From assembly GCF_001194135.2 (NCBI RefSeq), contig NC_068985.1, positions 9,469,624 through 9,511,630 on the forward strand: a DNA stretch of 42,007 bases, written 5' to 3'. Every line of letters starts with the position of its first letter. Within the stretch, counting starts at the first letter, position 1. Source of the DNA: Octopus bimaculoides. Its lineage: Eukaryota. A program made the position numbers and the translations under genes. The notes under the pieces were generated by a model that worked only from the letters and a program-made list of their open reading frames with translations, ran no database searches and had not been told where the DNA came from. Shown one piece after another: positions 22,408-34,902 of the stretch.

Positions 22408-22949
22408 GTGAACTTGTTTGTGTGTGATAGAGAGAGAGGAGAGGGGGTTAGTCCCAGAGGGGGTTAGTCCCAGAGGCTGTGAAAAGGGAAATGACCATGC
22501 CTTTCTTTCTATAAATAGAAAATTAATAAATAAATAAATAAAAATACAGCAATACAACCAGCAGTCTCCTTTTTTTTTTATTTTAGAAACTCTTGCTAAA
22601 CTACAATCAAACTGAATTCTTACACTGGAACAAAACATTTAAGGAAGAAGTGGAGAAAATGTTCCCCAGGACATTAATAACATAAGGGAATTCAAATGTC
22701 TTGAATAAGGAACCACGAATAAGGTGAAGAGGACTCACCCAACACAATCACCACCATCTTCGTCATTATTGTCATGATGATGGTGGTGACGGTGGTGGCA
22801 ATGATAGGAGGAGGGGGTTCATCATGGTGACAGCAACACTGAGAAATAGGTCATCTTTTGAAATTCTCTCAAGTTTCTGCAAAATCTTCATACGATACAC
22901 ACCCACACACTGAAACTATTGTTGACATATATATATGTGTGTGTGTATG

Positions 22950-22992
<43 letters not shown>

Positions 22993-25167
22993 NNNNNNNN
23001 NNNNNNNNNNNNNNNNNNNNNNNNNNNNNNNNNNNNNNNNNNNNNNNNNNNNNNNNNNNNNNNNNNNNNNNNNNNNNNNNNNNNNNNNNNNNNNNNNNNN
23101 NNNNNNNNNNNNNNNNNNNNNNNNNNNNNNNNNNNNNNNNNNNNNNNNNNNNNNNNNNNNNNNNNNNNNNNNNNNNNNNNNNNNNNNNNNNNNNNNNNNN
23201 NNNNNNNNNNNNNNNNNNNNNNNNNNNNNNNNNNNNNNNNNNNNNNNNNNNNNNNNNNNNNNNNNNNNNNNNNNNNNNNNNNNNNNNNNNNNNNNNNNNN
23301 NNNNNNNNNNNNNNNNNNNNNNNNNNNNNNNNNNNNNNNNNNNNNNNNNNNNNNNNNNNNNNNNNNNNNNNNNNNNNNNNNNNNNNNNNNNNNNNNNNNN
23401 NNNNNNNNNNNNNNNNNNNNNNNNNNNNNNNNNNNNNNNNNNNNNNNNNNNNNNNNNNNNNNNNNNNNNNNNNNNNNNNNNNNNNNNNNNNNNNNNNNNN
23501 NNNNNNNNNNNNNNNNNNNNNNNNNNNNNNNNNNNNNNNNNNNNNNNNNNNNNNNNNNNNNNNNNNNNNNNNNNNNNNNNNNNNNNNNNNNNNNNNNNNN
23601 NNNNNNNNNNNNNNNNNNNNNNNNNNNNNNNNNNNNNNNNNNNNNNNNNNNNNNNNNNNNNNNNNNNNNNNNNNNNNNNNNNNNNNNNNNNNNNNNNNNN
23701 NNNNNNNNNNNNNNNNNNNNNNNNNNNNNNNNNNNNNNNNNNNNNNNNNNNNNNNNNNNNNNNNNNNNNNNNNNNGATTCTTGTTTATTTTTATATATCT
23801 TGACCATACGTGTACTGATGAACAAAAGAATACAGGTTACTTCACAGTTTTTTCTGTATTTGATTGAGAAACCAGTGGTCTACCGTTGAGTTAAATGTTT
23901 TTAAGAGATAAATTTTGAAAAGCTGCATTCCCTCGCTTTCGGTAAATATGTTGCTTATTTTTGGTAGTTTTTTTTACTTATTTAGTCCCTCGATAGTGTG
24001 AGGTATTGATACACAGTTAATGCCCTTTATATATAATTAAATATATCTATGAAGAAACGATGAATTTTTTCATTACGAAATTTTTCGTTATTTTTTCATT
24101 ATGAGGTTTTTTCACGCTGACTACTTGATAAATTCTTATAAAGAATTTATCCTATATTATATTATATATATATATATAGATATACATACACACATACACA
24201 CATACACACACACACACACTCCAGCCCTAAATGCGAAGGATCTTCCTATATTCTTTCCTTTTCTCTCATTACACATATCAGACGGTTATTGATGCTAAGA
24301 AGAAAAGCAATCACATTTGCTCAGCGTTAAATTATACTAACCTGTATATCTGGAGGTTTCAAGTGAATTTTCTCAGCAAACTGAGACAAAGTGTGCTGTG
24401 ACTCAAGGATGAAATAATTGGCATTGTCCTGGTGATAGATGCTGTTGATGACATCAAGGATATTACTACAGAGGTGAACTGACGTGGCCTGGAATTGGAG
24501 AAAGACATTTGTGAGTATGAACGACAGAGCACCAAATACAAAATAGAATATTGTCTGTGTGTGTGTGTGTTGTAAATCAGGTGATATAAGACAAAATTAA
24601 TTGATGGAAGCAGCACTGGATTAACCATTAAGTAAAATAAACACGTGCTTAGGGCACCAAACAACAGGGGGACATCACAGAAATAGTAAAAGGTTTATGG
24701 CAAAAAAGAAATCACTTTAAATTTGTTAAAATAATATTTGGGATGCTTTGTCTCTACAGCAGATGGGTTACGTAAGATCAATTTTGAGGATCCGATCAAA
24801 GACTTGGCAATTAAAAAAGAGAAAGTTTTTCAAGTATGAACAAGAGCACTCAGAGAGTACAAAGCTCTGCCAAGGCAACACCATAAGGCATCCAGCAACA
24901 CCATAAGGACACAGATCGTGTTATATAGCCAGCTGGAGACGATGTCTCTTGGGGCTAAATTACAGCAACATTCGTCCTAAACCAGGACTGCCATGTCATG
25001 TTGGCGTAGGAGTGGCTGTGTGGTAAGCTGCTTGCTTACCAACCACATGGTTCTGGGTTCAGTCCCACTGCGTGGCACCCTGGGCAAGTGTCTTCTACTA
25101 TAGCCTCGAGCCGACCAAAGTCTTGTGAGTGGATTTGGTAGACGGAAACTGAAAGAAGCCCGTCGTA

Positions 25168-25259
<92 letters not shown>

Positions 25260-26315
25260 TGTATATGTTTGTGTGTCTGTGTTTGTTCCCCCAACATCGC
25301 TTGACAACTGATGGTGGTGTGTTTACGTCCCCATAACTTAGCGGTTCGGCAAAACAGACCGATAAAATAAGTACTAGGCTTACAAAGAATAAGTCCTAGG
25401 GTCGATTTGCTCGACTAAAGGCGGTGGTCCAGCATGGCCACAGTCAAATAACTGAAACAAGTAAAAGAGTAAAAGAGTGAATCTTTACTCCAAAATACTG
25501 TTTCTGAATATCTCACATTGTGAGATTTAAAAATAGTTATTTTCTAATTGCAGAAAGCTTTCTTCAATCGGAAGAACTTCATTCATCATGGTAAACCACC
25601 AATTTTTTCTGCTGCTGTTGAAGCCTAAAATTTTTAACTGCACAACCAACCCACAGTACTTGTCTAGCGTCAGTTCTGTCCTCGTTCATTTGCAGTTAAG
25701 CCCCATGACTATGGCATGAAATGGCAATGAGTTAGCTAAGTTGTCTGGAACTTATCCATAAAGTTGTTGTCACTGGCAACATTATCATCATCAGCAGCAG
25801 CAGTAGAAACAGCTGTAATATGGATGCATTATATTAATGTATTAACCCCTACTTTTTGGTATGAGACATTTTGGCACAGCTATTTTGGCGCCACTTATTG
25901 CTTAACAACACACATTTTAATGTTACCTTCATTTTTCCCCCTCTCCCTTCCTGTCTTTCACCCATTCCCTCTCTCCCCTCACTCTTTTTATGCATATGAG
26001 CATCACCATCATCATCATCACTTAACGTCTGTCTTCCATTCTAGCATGGGTTGGACGGTACCACAAGAGCCAGCCAGGCCGAAGCCTGCATCAGACTTCT
26101 GTGACTGTTTTGGCAGGATTTTTACAGCTGGATGCCTTTCCTCACACCAACCACTCAGCGGAGTGGACTTGGTGCTTTTTATGTGGCACAAACACAGGCA
26201 AGGTGAGTGGTGCTTTTTACATGTATGAGAAGTAAAGTGTTTACGTTAATCAAATTGTAATGTGTGTGTGTCACTTCTCCTCTTTCCATATGTGCATATT
26301 TCTGAGCATGCGCGC

Positions 26316-26394
<79 letters not shown>

Positions 26395-27562
26395 GTATAT
26401 GTATGTGTTGAGCCCCAGTACCAAAAGTCAGCCATGAAAATCATCAGTCTTCAAAGAGTTGGACCCAATTGTCTCATCCCATCCTTAATTAGGTGCAGGA
26501 GTGGCTGTGTGGTAAGAAGCTTGCTTCCCAACCACATGGCTCTGGGATCAGTCCCACTGCATGGAACCTTGGGCAAGTGTCACCAACTATAGCCTCGGGC
26601 CAACCAAAGCCTTGTGAGTGGATGTGGTGGACGGAAACTGAAAGAAGCTCATTGTATATATATGCGTGCGTGTGGGTGTATGTATGCATATATGCATGTA
26701 TTTGTGTGTCTGTATTTGTCCCCTCACCATTGCTTGACAATCATTGTTGGTGTGTTTACAACCCTGTAACTTAGAGTTTCATCAAAAATGACTGATAGAA
26801 TAAGTACTAGGTTTACAAGGAATAAGTCCTGGGATCGATTTGTTTGACTAAAAGCGGTGCTCCAGCATGGCTGCAGTCAAATGACTCAAACAAATAAAAG
26901 AATATTAGCCTCCTTTTTTTCTTTTGTCTTTTTCTTTTAATTTTTTCTTTGTTTGTTTTTCTTTTGTTTTGTTTTTTTCTTTAATAGCCTGATCATGGAA
27001 GCTTTCAATATTTAACTCGTTCGCTACCATATTTTCGTTGAAGTAATACACAGCTTTTGCTTCAATTAATATTGCAAACAATAAAGAATTAAGTAAAATA
27101 ATTTTGTCATTATTAAGCTGGTGTTTGAAACAAAAGTTACCGTTGAATTTTGTTGAAATGTTATAACTGAGATTACTTTCAAACAAGGTTTATATCATAG
27201 AACCAGGGGCAGTCTCAGGTAGGTTGGTATCAAAAGGGTTAATGCTAGAACACAGGAAACGTGCCAGAAACAGAAAAGAAAACCTGCAATCTTTTGGCAA
27301 TGAGACCAACCTTGTATTCGTCAAGCTGTGAAATGATTCATCATTAAGTTTTGTAAAAATAATATGAATATCGAGTAAAAATAATATAAACTGCTGTTTT
27401 ATTACAAGTTAATTTTAATGAAAGTTCAAGGTTACCCTTTTCCTTATAATCTGTGCTGGTTTGAATGGTTCATACGTGTGTGCGTGCATGAGCATCTATG
27501 TGTGCGTGTGTATTTATATATATACACACACATATGAACATGTGTGTGTGTGTCTAAGTATG

Positions 27563-27594
<32 letters not shown>

Positions 27595-27603
27595 AATAAT
27601 AAG

Positions 27604-27647
<44 letters not shown>

Positions 27648-27677
27648 ATATATATGAATGTTTGTATGTATGTTTAT

Positions 27678-27722
<45 letters not shown>

Positions 27723-29546
27723 TACACATCAACGTGTGTGTGTGTGTGTGTGTGTGTGCATATGGAGTGGTATTTTTCTTCTCTTTATACACATATAATA
27801 GATTTATTTGGGACACTACCAGAATAGAATCTAAATACATGACCAAACTAATGATAACAGTTTGGAATTGTTCCCATTAGTGACTAAGATAAATAAAGCA
27901 AGTATATGGTTTGGTAAGAGAATTTAAAGATGCTGTGTTTGAAGCACCAATGCAGGAATTATTCAGATTAAAGAAAGGATAATCAAACGGTGAGTCTAAA
28001 ACTGAGCCAACATCAATATAAATAAATTGAAATTGCTTATGGAAAAAAATTAGAAGTAGTTTAAGAAAAACCTACTTTGCTAAGTTATATATTCAGATTA
28101 GAAAATGAAGAAAGGAAAATTGATTAAGATCATTGGTGCAGGCATTGTTGTGTAGCAAGAGGATTGCTTCCTAACCACATGGTCCTGGGTTCAGTCTCAC
28201 TGTGTGGCACTTTGGGCAAGTGTCTTCTGTTGTAGTCTCACGCTGACCAAAGCTTTGAGAGGGGATTTGGTTGATCGAAACAAAACAACCAATTGTTTAA
28301 CCAACACATTAAATGCATGATCAATTAGTTAGTTAGTTACGAAGAAGTGATATTGAACCAGTGTGTGCTTTTATTATTATTATTATTATTATTATTGACG
28401 TAATGACCTTTCCACGACACAAGACTTGTTTCAAAACATGAATTTACATCAAAAATCTTGCAAACCAAACACAAAAACAAAATTAGTCGAATAGCTTATA
28501 ACATTAAAAAGCATAAATTTTCCTTTCTAGGTGCCAACCTGTAAACCTATTGACATTTTCATGGTTAATATCTATTCTTATTACTACCTTATATTCCTTC
28601 AAGATCATGCCAAAACTTTAATTCCTCTGGGATTCAACGCCATTATACTGACATAAACTGCGATGTGATAAATAACCAATAATTATAAAGACAACTCTTA
28701 ACATTGATCTGTAGAAGAAGACAAGAAGAAAATACGGAAATAGAAACGAAATGAAATCAATGAAGAAATTGATGAAATCTTTTAGGATATCTCCTTTGTT
28801 TTAGAGATTTTGCCAAGTTAATTATTGTAATTACATACTGTTTCAATGAGGGCAGAAGAGAGGAAAGTATTACATCCTAGATTCAAGAACATGTAAATTT
28901 GATGAAATTTTGAAAACATGCAAAGAGACATGAGAAAAATATGGCTGCTGAAATGATTCAAGAGGCTTGTTCATCAATCATCATCGTCATCGTTTAACAT
29001 CTGTTTTCTATGGATGATTGGATGGTTGGACTAGGGACTGGCAAACAAAGAGGCTGCATCAGGCTCCAATCTGATTTGGCAATGTTTCTACAGCTGGATG
29101 TCTTTCCTAACACCAACCACTCCGAGAGTGTAGTGGGTGCTTTTTACATGCCACCAGCACAGGAGCCAGTCAGGTGGCACTAGCATCGGTCACATTCAGA
29201 TGGTACTTTTTATGTGCCACTGGCACAGGAGCCAGTTGGAGCTGCAGGTGGGGTGTATGGCATCGACTACATTTGGATGGTGCTTTTCACATGCCACCGG
29301 CACAGTGAGCCAGTCAGATGGCACTGGCATCAACCCTGGAGAATGAAAAGGTATTAGGGAAAAAATAGGGAAAAAATTAGGGAAAAAATAGGACATGACA
29401 TTCAAAGCTGTATATAATATAGCAATATAGGCCTAAGCGGGTCCTGATTGTGAAGACCTATGATCAGTACCTTCTCATTTTCTTTTGCATTAACTCCTTT
29501 AATGGTGTCCTTTTTGAGAGAGTGGGTGATATATACATGCCTAAGA

Positions 29547-29608
<62 letters not shown>

Positions 29609-30996
29609 TGGCAGTAATACAGGGTATTAGTGAGAGGTACTATTCATGTGACAGTAGAGTGCTTCCACTTCACTCATGGTTGGAGTGTCACAGCTGAACA
29701 AGGATTTGAGTTTTAACCGTACCAGGTTATCCTACACTGTAGATTGGCACAGACCAACAGCTGAATTATTCAACCCAGGGTTTCAGTAGGGACTTTATTA
29801 GAGACGAATGACAACCTCTAGGTGCTGGTACTATGAGAAAATGTACTCAGTAATCCCTGTAAAGTGATTGATGAATGAGCAGAGACAATATAGGATTGAG
29901 ATGATTGACAACTTCTTTCATGCTAAGAGAAAATGCAATCAGTAGATTCTGCAAAATGGTTGGTAATAGGAATCCAGTCATAAAGACAGAGTCAGAAATG
30001 AAACAGGAGTGAATCATGCGTCTCTGTCCTGTCTGGAAGGGAGGTAACTCAAAATAATGATTGTACTGGGACAGCCTGCTCAAAATCTGCCAAATATAAA
30101 ATGATAATATTCTTTTCTACTCTAGGCACAAGGGCCTGAAATTTTTGGGGAGGGGGCCAGTCAATTAGATTAACCCCAATAGGGAACTGGTTCTTAATTT
30201 TTCGACTCTGAAAGGATGAAAGGCAAAGTCAACCTCAGCAGAATTTGAACTCAGAATGTAACGACAGACAAAATACCTCTAAGCATTTCGCCCAGCATGC
30301 TAACGTTTCTGCCAGCTCGCCACTTTGTAAAATGATAATATTAATGATGATATACACATATGCTCAGTTTCCATTTACCATATTTCACTCTGTTTTCCTC
30401 ACAAGATTTTCATCAGCTCAAGGTTATCTTAAACAGCATTTGCCAAAGGTACCAGGCAGAACGGAATTAAACCCAGAACCACACAGTTACTGTGCCCATC
30501 AGTGTATGAATCGAGAGAGATTTGGTTCCAATTTTTAATTGAATGAGCAACCACTAAGGAGCTGTCTTGGTAACTCAAAATAATTATAAGGAGAGCTGAA
30601 CAATTTGTGGGTAAATGCCTTCCATTATATGAAGAATCTTTCCCCTCACATGCATCATTCTTTCACTGGCAGAATGTTCTGGAGAATTTAAAGGAAAATG
30701 AAAAAAACAGAAGTGGTGGTTTAAATAGATAAATGATATTTACCTTAAGAAATACTGATTGGAGGACCTGAAAAGCTTGGATATTTCTCACACTAACACC
30801 TGCAAGGAAAATACAAGATTTCAATATTAGAAAATGAAAATGGTATGAAAATGGCAAATGAGGAAATTTTACCCACATAAGTTATTTTGATTATTATCAG
30901 AACCATCATAAATTAACAGCCACTTCCTATGCTCACATGGGTCAGACAGAATTTCTTGAGGCAGTTGTTCTAGACACTCCATTTTGCTCATTTTGT

Positions 30997-31032
<36 letters not shown>

Positions 31033-34000
31033 TGGGTTGTGTCTGGGGAGATTCATTCTCTTTTGGTGCCTTATTATTTGACACACTCACTGGTAAAAAT
31101 TTCCACTCATCTATTTATTCTTCTAAAATTTTCATTCCGTCTTACAACCTTTACAATAGTCGTTGATTCTGTCCATTATCGGACAGAAGTGTCTCTAGAA
31201 CCCGCTTCAAATGCAGGGTACGTCTGTTCCGATAATCAGTGGTGACTTGGTCAGCGAATCTTCTGTGATGGTCAGCAACCAACAGCAAGATGACCTACTA
31301 AATTATCATCATCATCATTGTTTAACGTCTGTTTTCCATGCTGGCATGGGTTGGACGGTTTAACTGGGGACTGGCAAGCCAGGAGGCTGCACCAGGCTCT
31401 GATCTATTCTGGTAAGGTTTCTACAGTTGATATCCTTCCTAACTAACACCAATCACTCCAAGAGTGTAGTGGGTGCTTTTTACCTGCTGCCGGCACAGGA
31501 GCCAGTCAGGGCAAGGGGCCTGGGTTCGACCACATTCAGACGGTGCCACCGGCACAGGGAATCAGTCAGGTGGCACTGACAACAACCCACGCATGAATGG
31601 TGCTTATTGTGTGCCACCAGCATGGGAGCCAGTGAGGCAGCACAGGCATTGGCTCCAACTACAATTTGATTATAATTTGATTTGATTTGATTTTGATTTT
31701 ACTTGACTCAATAGGTCTCTTCAAACAACAATTCAAAGGTACTTTTTAAATGGGCTGGTTACGCCACACTGGTGGAGGCTACGGCTGTGATCTCACTTTG
31801 CTTGCCGGGTCTTCTCCATGACAGCATATCTCCAGAGGTCTCAGTCTTTCATCGTTGCTTCTGTGAGGCCCAACATTCGAATGTCATGCTTCACCACCTC
31901 ATCCCATGTCTTCCTGGGTCTCCCTCTTCCACGGGTTCCTTCTATAAATCACACTATCCCAATGAGTATATGCATGTGACCGGGAACCACTTGTGAACTT
32001 GTATTCCCAAAGACACTCCAAACATGAACCCTACATCATTAAGCTAGTGTTAGGAACATAAATTGTGACTAAGGTTTGGTGGAAGATTTTAATTCAAAAC
32101 TTAGAAAACAAGACATTTGTACTACAGAGCCAGAAGCCGGTTTCAGCTGGGTTGGTAACAAAAGGGTTAATAAGGACAAAGTTATCTTAATAAATTTTTC
32201 ATCATTCCCCAAACTAACTGAAATAAAATCTGTGTATTTCAACAGAAAAATGGTAACATAAGGGTCCAACATACCTTTCCCAGTGGCTTGTGGAACAGTG
32301 AATCCTGGCATTAGAAACAGTGAACCGGTGCTGGCTTGACCAGGTTTTAACTCAACAAAACCACACGTGGTTAAGGAGCCGACAAGAAGCACAAGATTTC
32401 GGAGGGCTTGTTGACTGTCTTCACCAGGACTTAGTTCTAATCTGAAACAGAAGAAATTAATAAAGAAATACAAATTAATACAGGTAAAAAAAAATAAGCA
32501 AAAAAACCCCATTAAATTAGACAAGTCATTACCTTCTCCCTGCCCCTGTCCTTTCACATTCAAATTGAACCACCAACACTACCACCACCACCACTGCTGT
32601 GTTAGCTGAGAGATATTCGTAGAAGCTCCACCTATCTAAACTCTGGCCAGAACCTAACAGCAAATTTCCTCCCCTCACATGGCCACCACATCCATCCCAA
32701 ACAACAGCTCCAAAGCAAAAGAGGCCCACACTAGTCATCCTCCTGTTCACATGACCCCCACCCCTCTTCTTCTCGCAAAGCTCTTCAGCCAACCTTGTGA
32801 CATCACTGCCCCCCACCCCCCACGCACATCCAGCTCATCTCAGTCCTACACCTGATGACTGCCGGTTATTTTGCATTTTTAAATAAAGTAAATCATCATC
32901 ATCATCATCATCATCATCACCACCATCACCACCATCACCACCACCATCATCATCATCACCATCATCACCATCATCACCATCATCATCATCATCACCACCA
33001 CCATCACCATCACCATCACCATCATCATCATCATCATCATCATCAAACATCCGTTTCCATGCTCGCTTGGTCTGGGCAGTCTGGCAGGGTCCAGTAAGCC
33101 ACTGGGCTACATCATGCTTTATATCAGCTTTGACATGTTTCGCCATGGCTGGATATCCTCCCCAACAAAAAACTGAAGTCGGTAATGTTATTATTTAGTA
33201 ATAAAAGAAAAATCCAGAAAAGCAGGGACTTACTTCAGGAGAAATTCCGAGAGGAAAATATAGCCTTGGTTTGATCGAAAATCATCCAGTAACGTGTGAG
33301 ATACTTCGCTGGAGTCTTTAAGAAAACAGAAGACTGTCACTACCATTTCCACCATTTCAATAGGACACAAGTCTTGAGCTTGTTGCATGTTTTCTATACA
33401 GTGACGGACACAACCTTTTTCTATAAGAGACAGAGCAGGAAAGAAAAGATAAACAAGACATTTATAGATTGACTCCGATAAGTATTATAAGGTATTTCAT
33501 CAGTAACTTCTTCTTCTTCGTCGTTTAACGTCCGCTTTCCATGCTAGCATGGGTTGGACGATTGGACTGAGGACTGGTGAAACCAGATGGCTACACCAGG
33601 CTCCAATCAGATTTGGCAGAGTTTCTACAGCTAGATGCCCTTCCTAACGCCAACCACTCAGAGAGTGTAGTGGGTGCTTTTACGTGTCACCCGCACGAAG
33701 GCCAGTCAGGCGGTACTGGCAACGGCCACGCTCAAAATGGTGCATTTCATGTGCCACCCACACAAAAAAAAAATAAATAAAATTTTCGTGTGTCGCCCGC
33801 ACATGAGCCAGTCCAGGGGAGCCAGCAATGATATCATTATTTATTATAATTATTATTAGTATTATTATTATTATTATGGACGTTGTACAGTATACAATAT
33901 CGTGAGGTTGTTGATTGAAGATATTGTGTTTACTGGGTGTTTGTACTGTTTGTCAAGTCACAACAAGGACCTCAGTCAGTACTTTACGCAATATGTCTGC

Positions 34001-34490
34001 AGTTCCAAGTAATGCCAACTTTTTCAATACATCTAGATTGGAGGGTATTTCTAAGGTTTTCAAATGTTTTTCCAAACTGGGTGGTATTGAACCCAATGCT
34101 CCGATAACAATCGGGATCACCTTTGTTTGTCTCTCGTAGCTGCCACATCTTAGTGATCTCAATTCTCAGGTTTCCATATTTATCAAACTTTTCTCTTTCT
34201 TTCATGATAATATGTTGATCTCCTGGCATTGACACTTGTCCAAGGTGCCACCCAGTGCGACTGAGCTCAGGGTCATGTGGTTGGGAAGCAGGCTTCTTAC
34301 CACAGTCACACCTTATACCAGCGTTTCTCAACCAAGGTTCCGCAAAAGGTTCCTAGGGGTTCCACGAGAAAGAGTGAAATAAGCTAATGCTAATTTCATG
34401 ATCGTATTATTACAATACATGCACAACATATTATTGTAATATGGACATCATTCTATCTAACCTATTATGCTATCAAAAAAATATAACAAC

Positions 34491-34543
<53 letters not shown>

Positions 34544-34850
34544 GTTAGTTGAGTAGAGGTTAAAATAACCATCTAAGGGATAGAAGTATCCATTACATTA
34601 CCTATATTTAATCTATATTTAACCATGGACATACATGTGCAAACATAATATGTTCATAAGTTGTAGGTAAAGACGAGGATAAACATGGATTTATAAAGAA
34701 TCAGAATTTAAAGGAAACAGAAAATGGAGAAGTAGTGATTAACAACAATCAACGTACATCAGTTGTTAGATGGGATGCAGCCTATTTGCATTGAATTAAT
34801 AAATAATAATTGTTGTTCATCAGTACTTCTCCATTTTCTGCTTTCTTTAG

Positions 34851-34902
<52 letters not shown>

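Noticed and set aside
22440-22476. 16-bp direct duplication AGAGGGGGTTAGTCCC (and a 14-bp duplication near 24885-24920)
   Set aside because: Ordinary local slippage duplications with no further structure.
24359-24664. 101-aa minus-strand ORF as a separate gene
   Set aside because: It overlaps WDFY3 exon 7 in a different frame and has no independent support.
24715-24840. Possible hAT transposase C-terminal remnant ([17 protein letters not shown])
   Set aside because: Short, interrupted by a stop, no TIRs found; cannot be supported without a search.
32835-33146. Poly-Asp/poly-His ORFs, and other HT/CV/YI/poly-E repeat ORFs throughout
   Set aside because: Translations of microsatellites.
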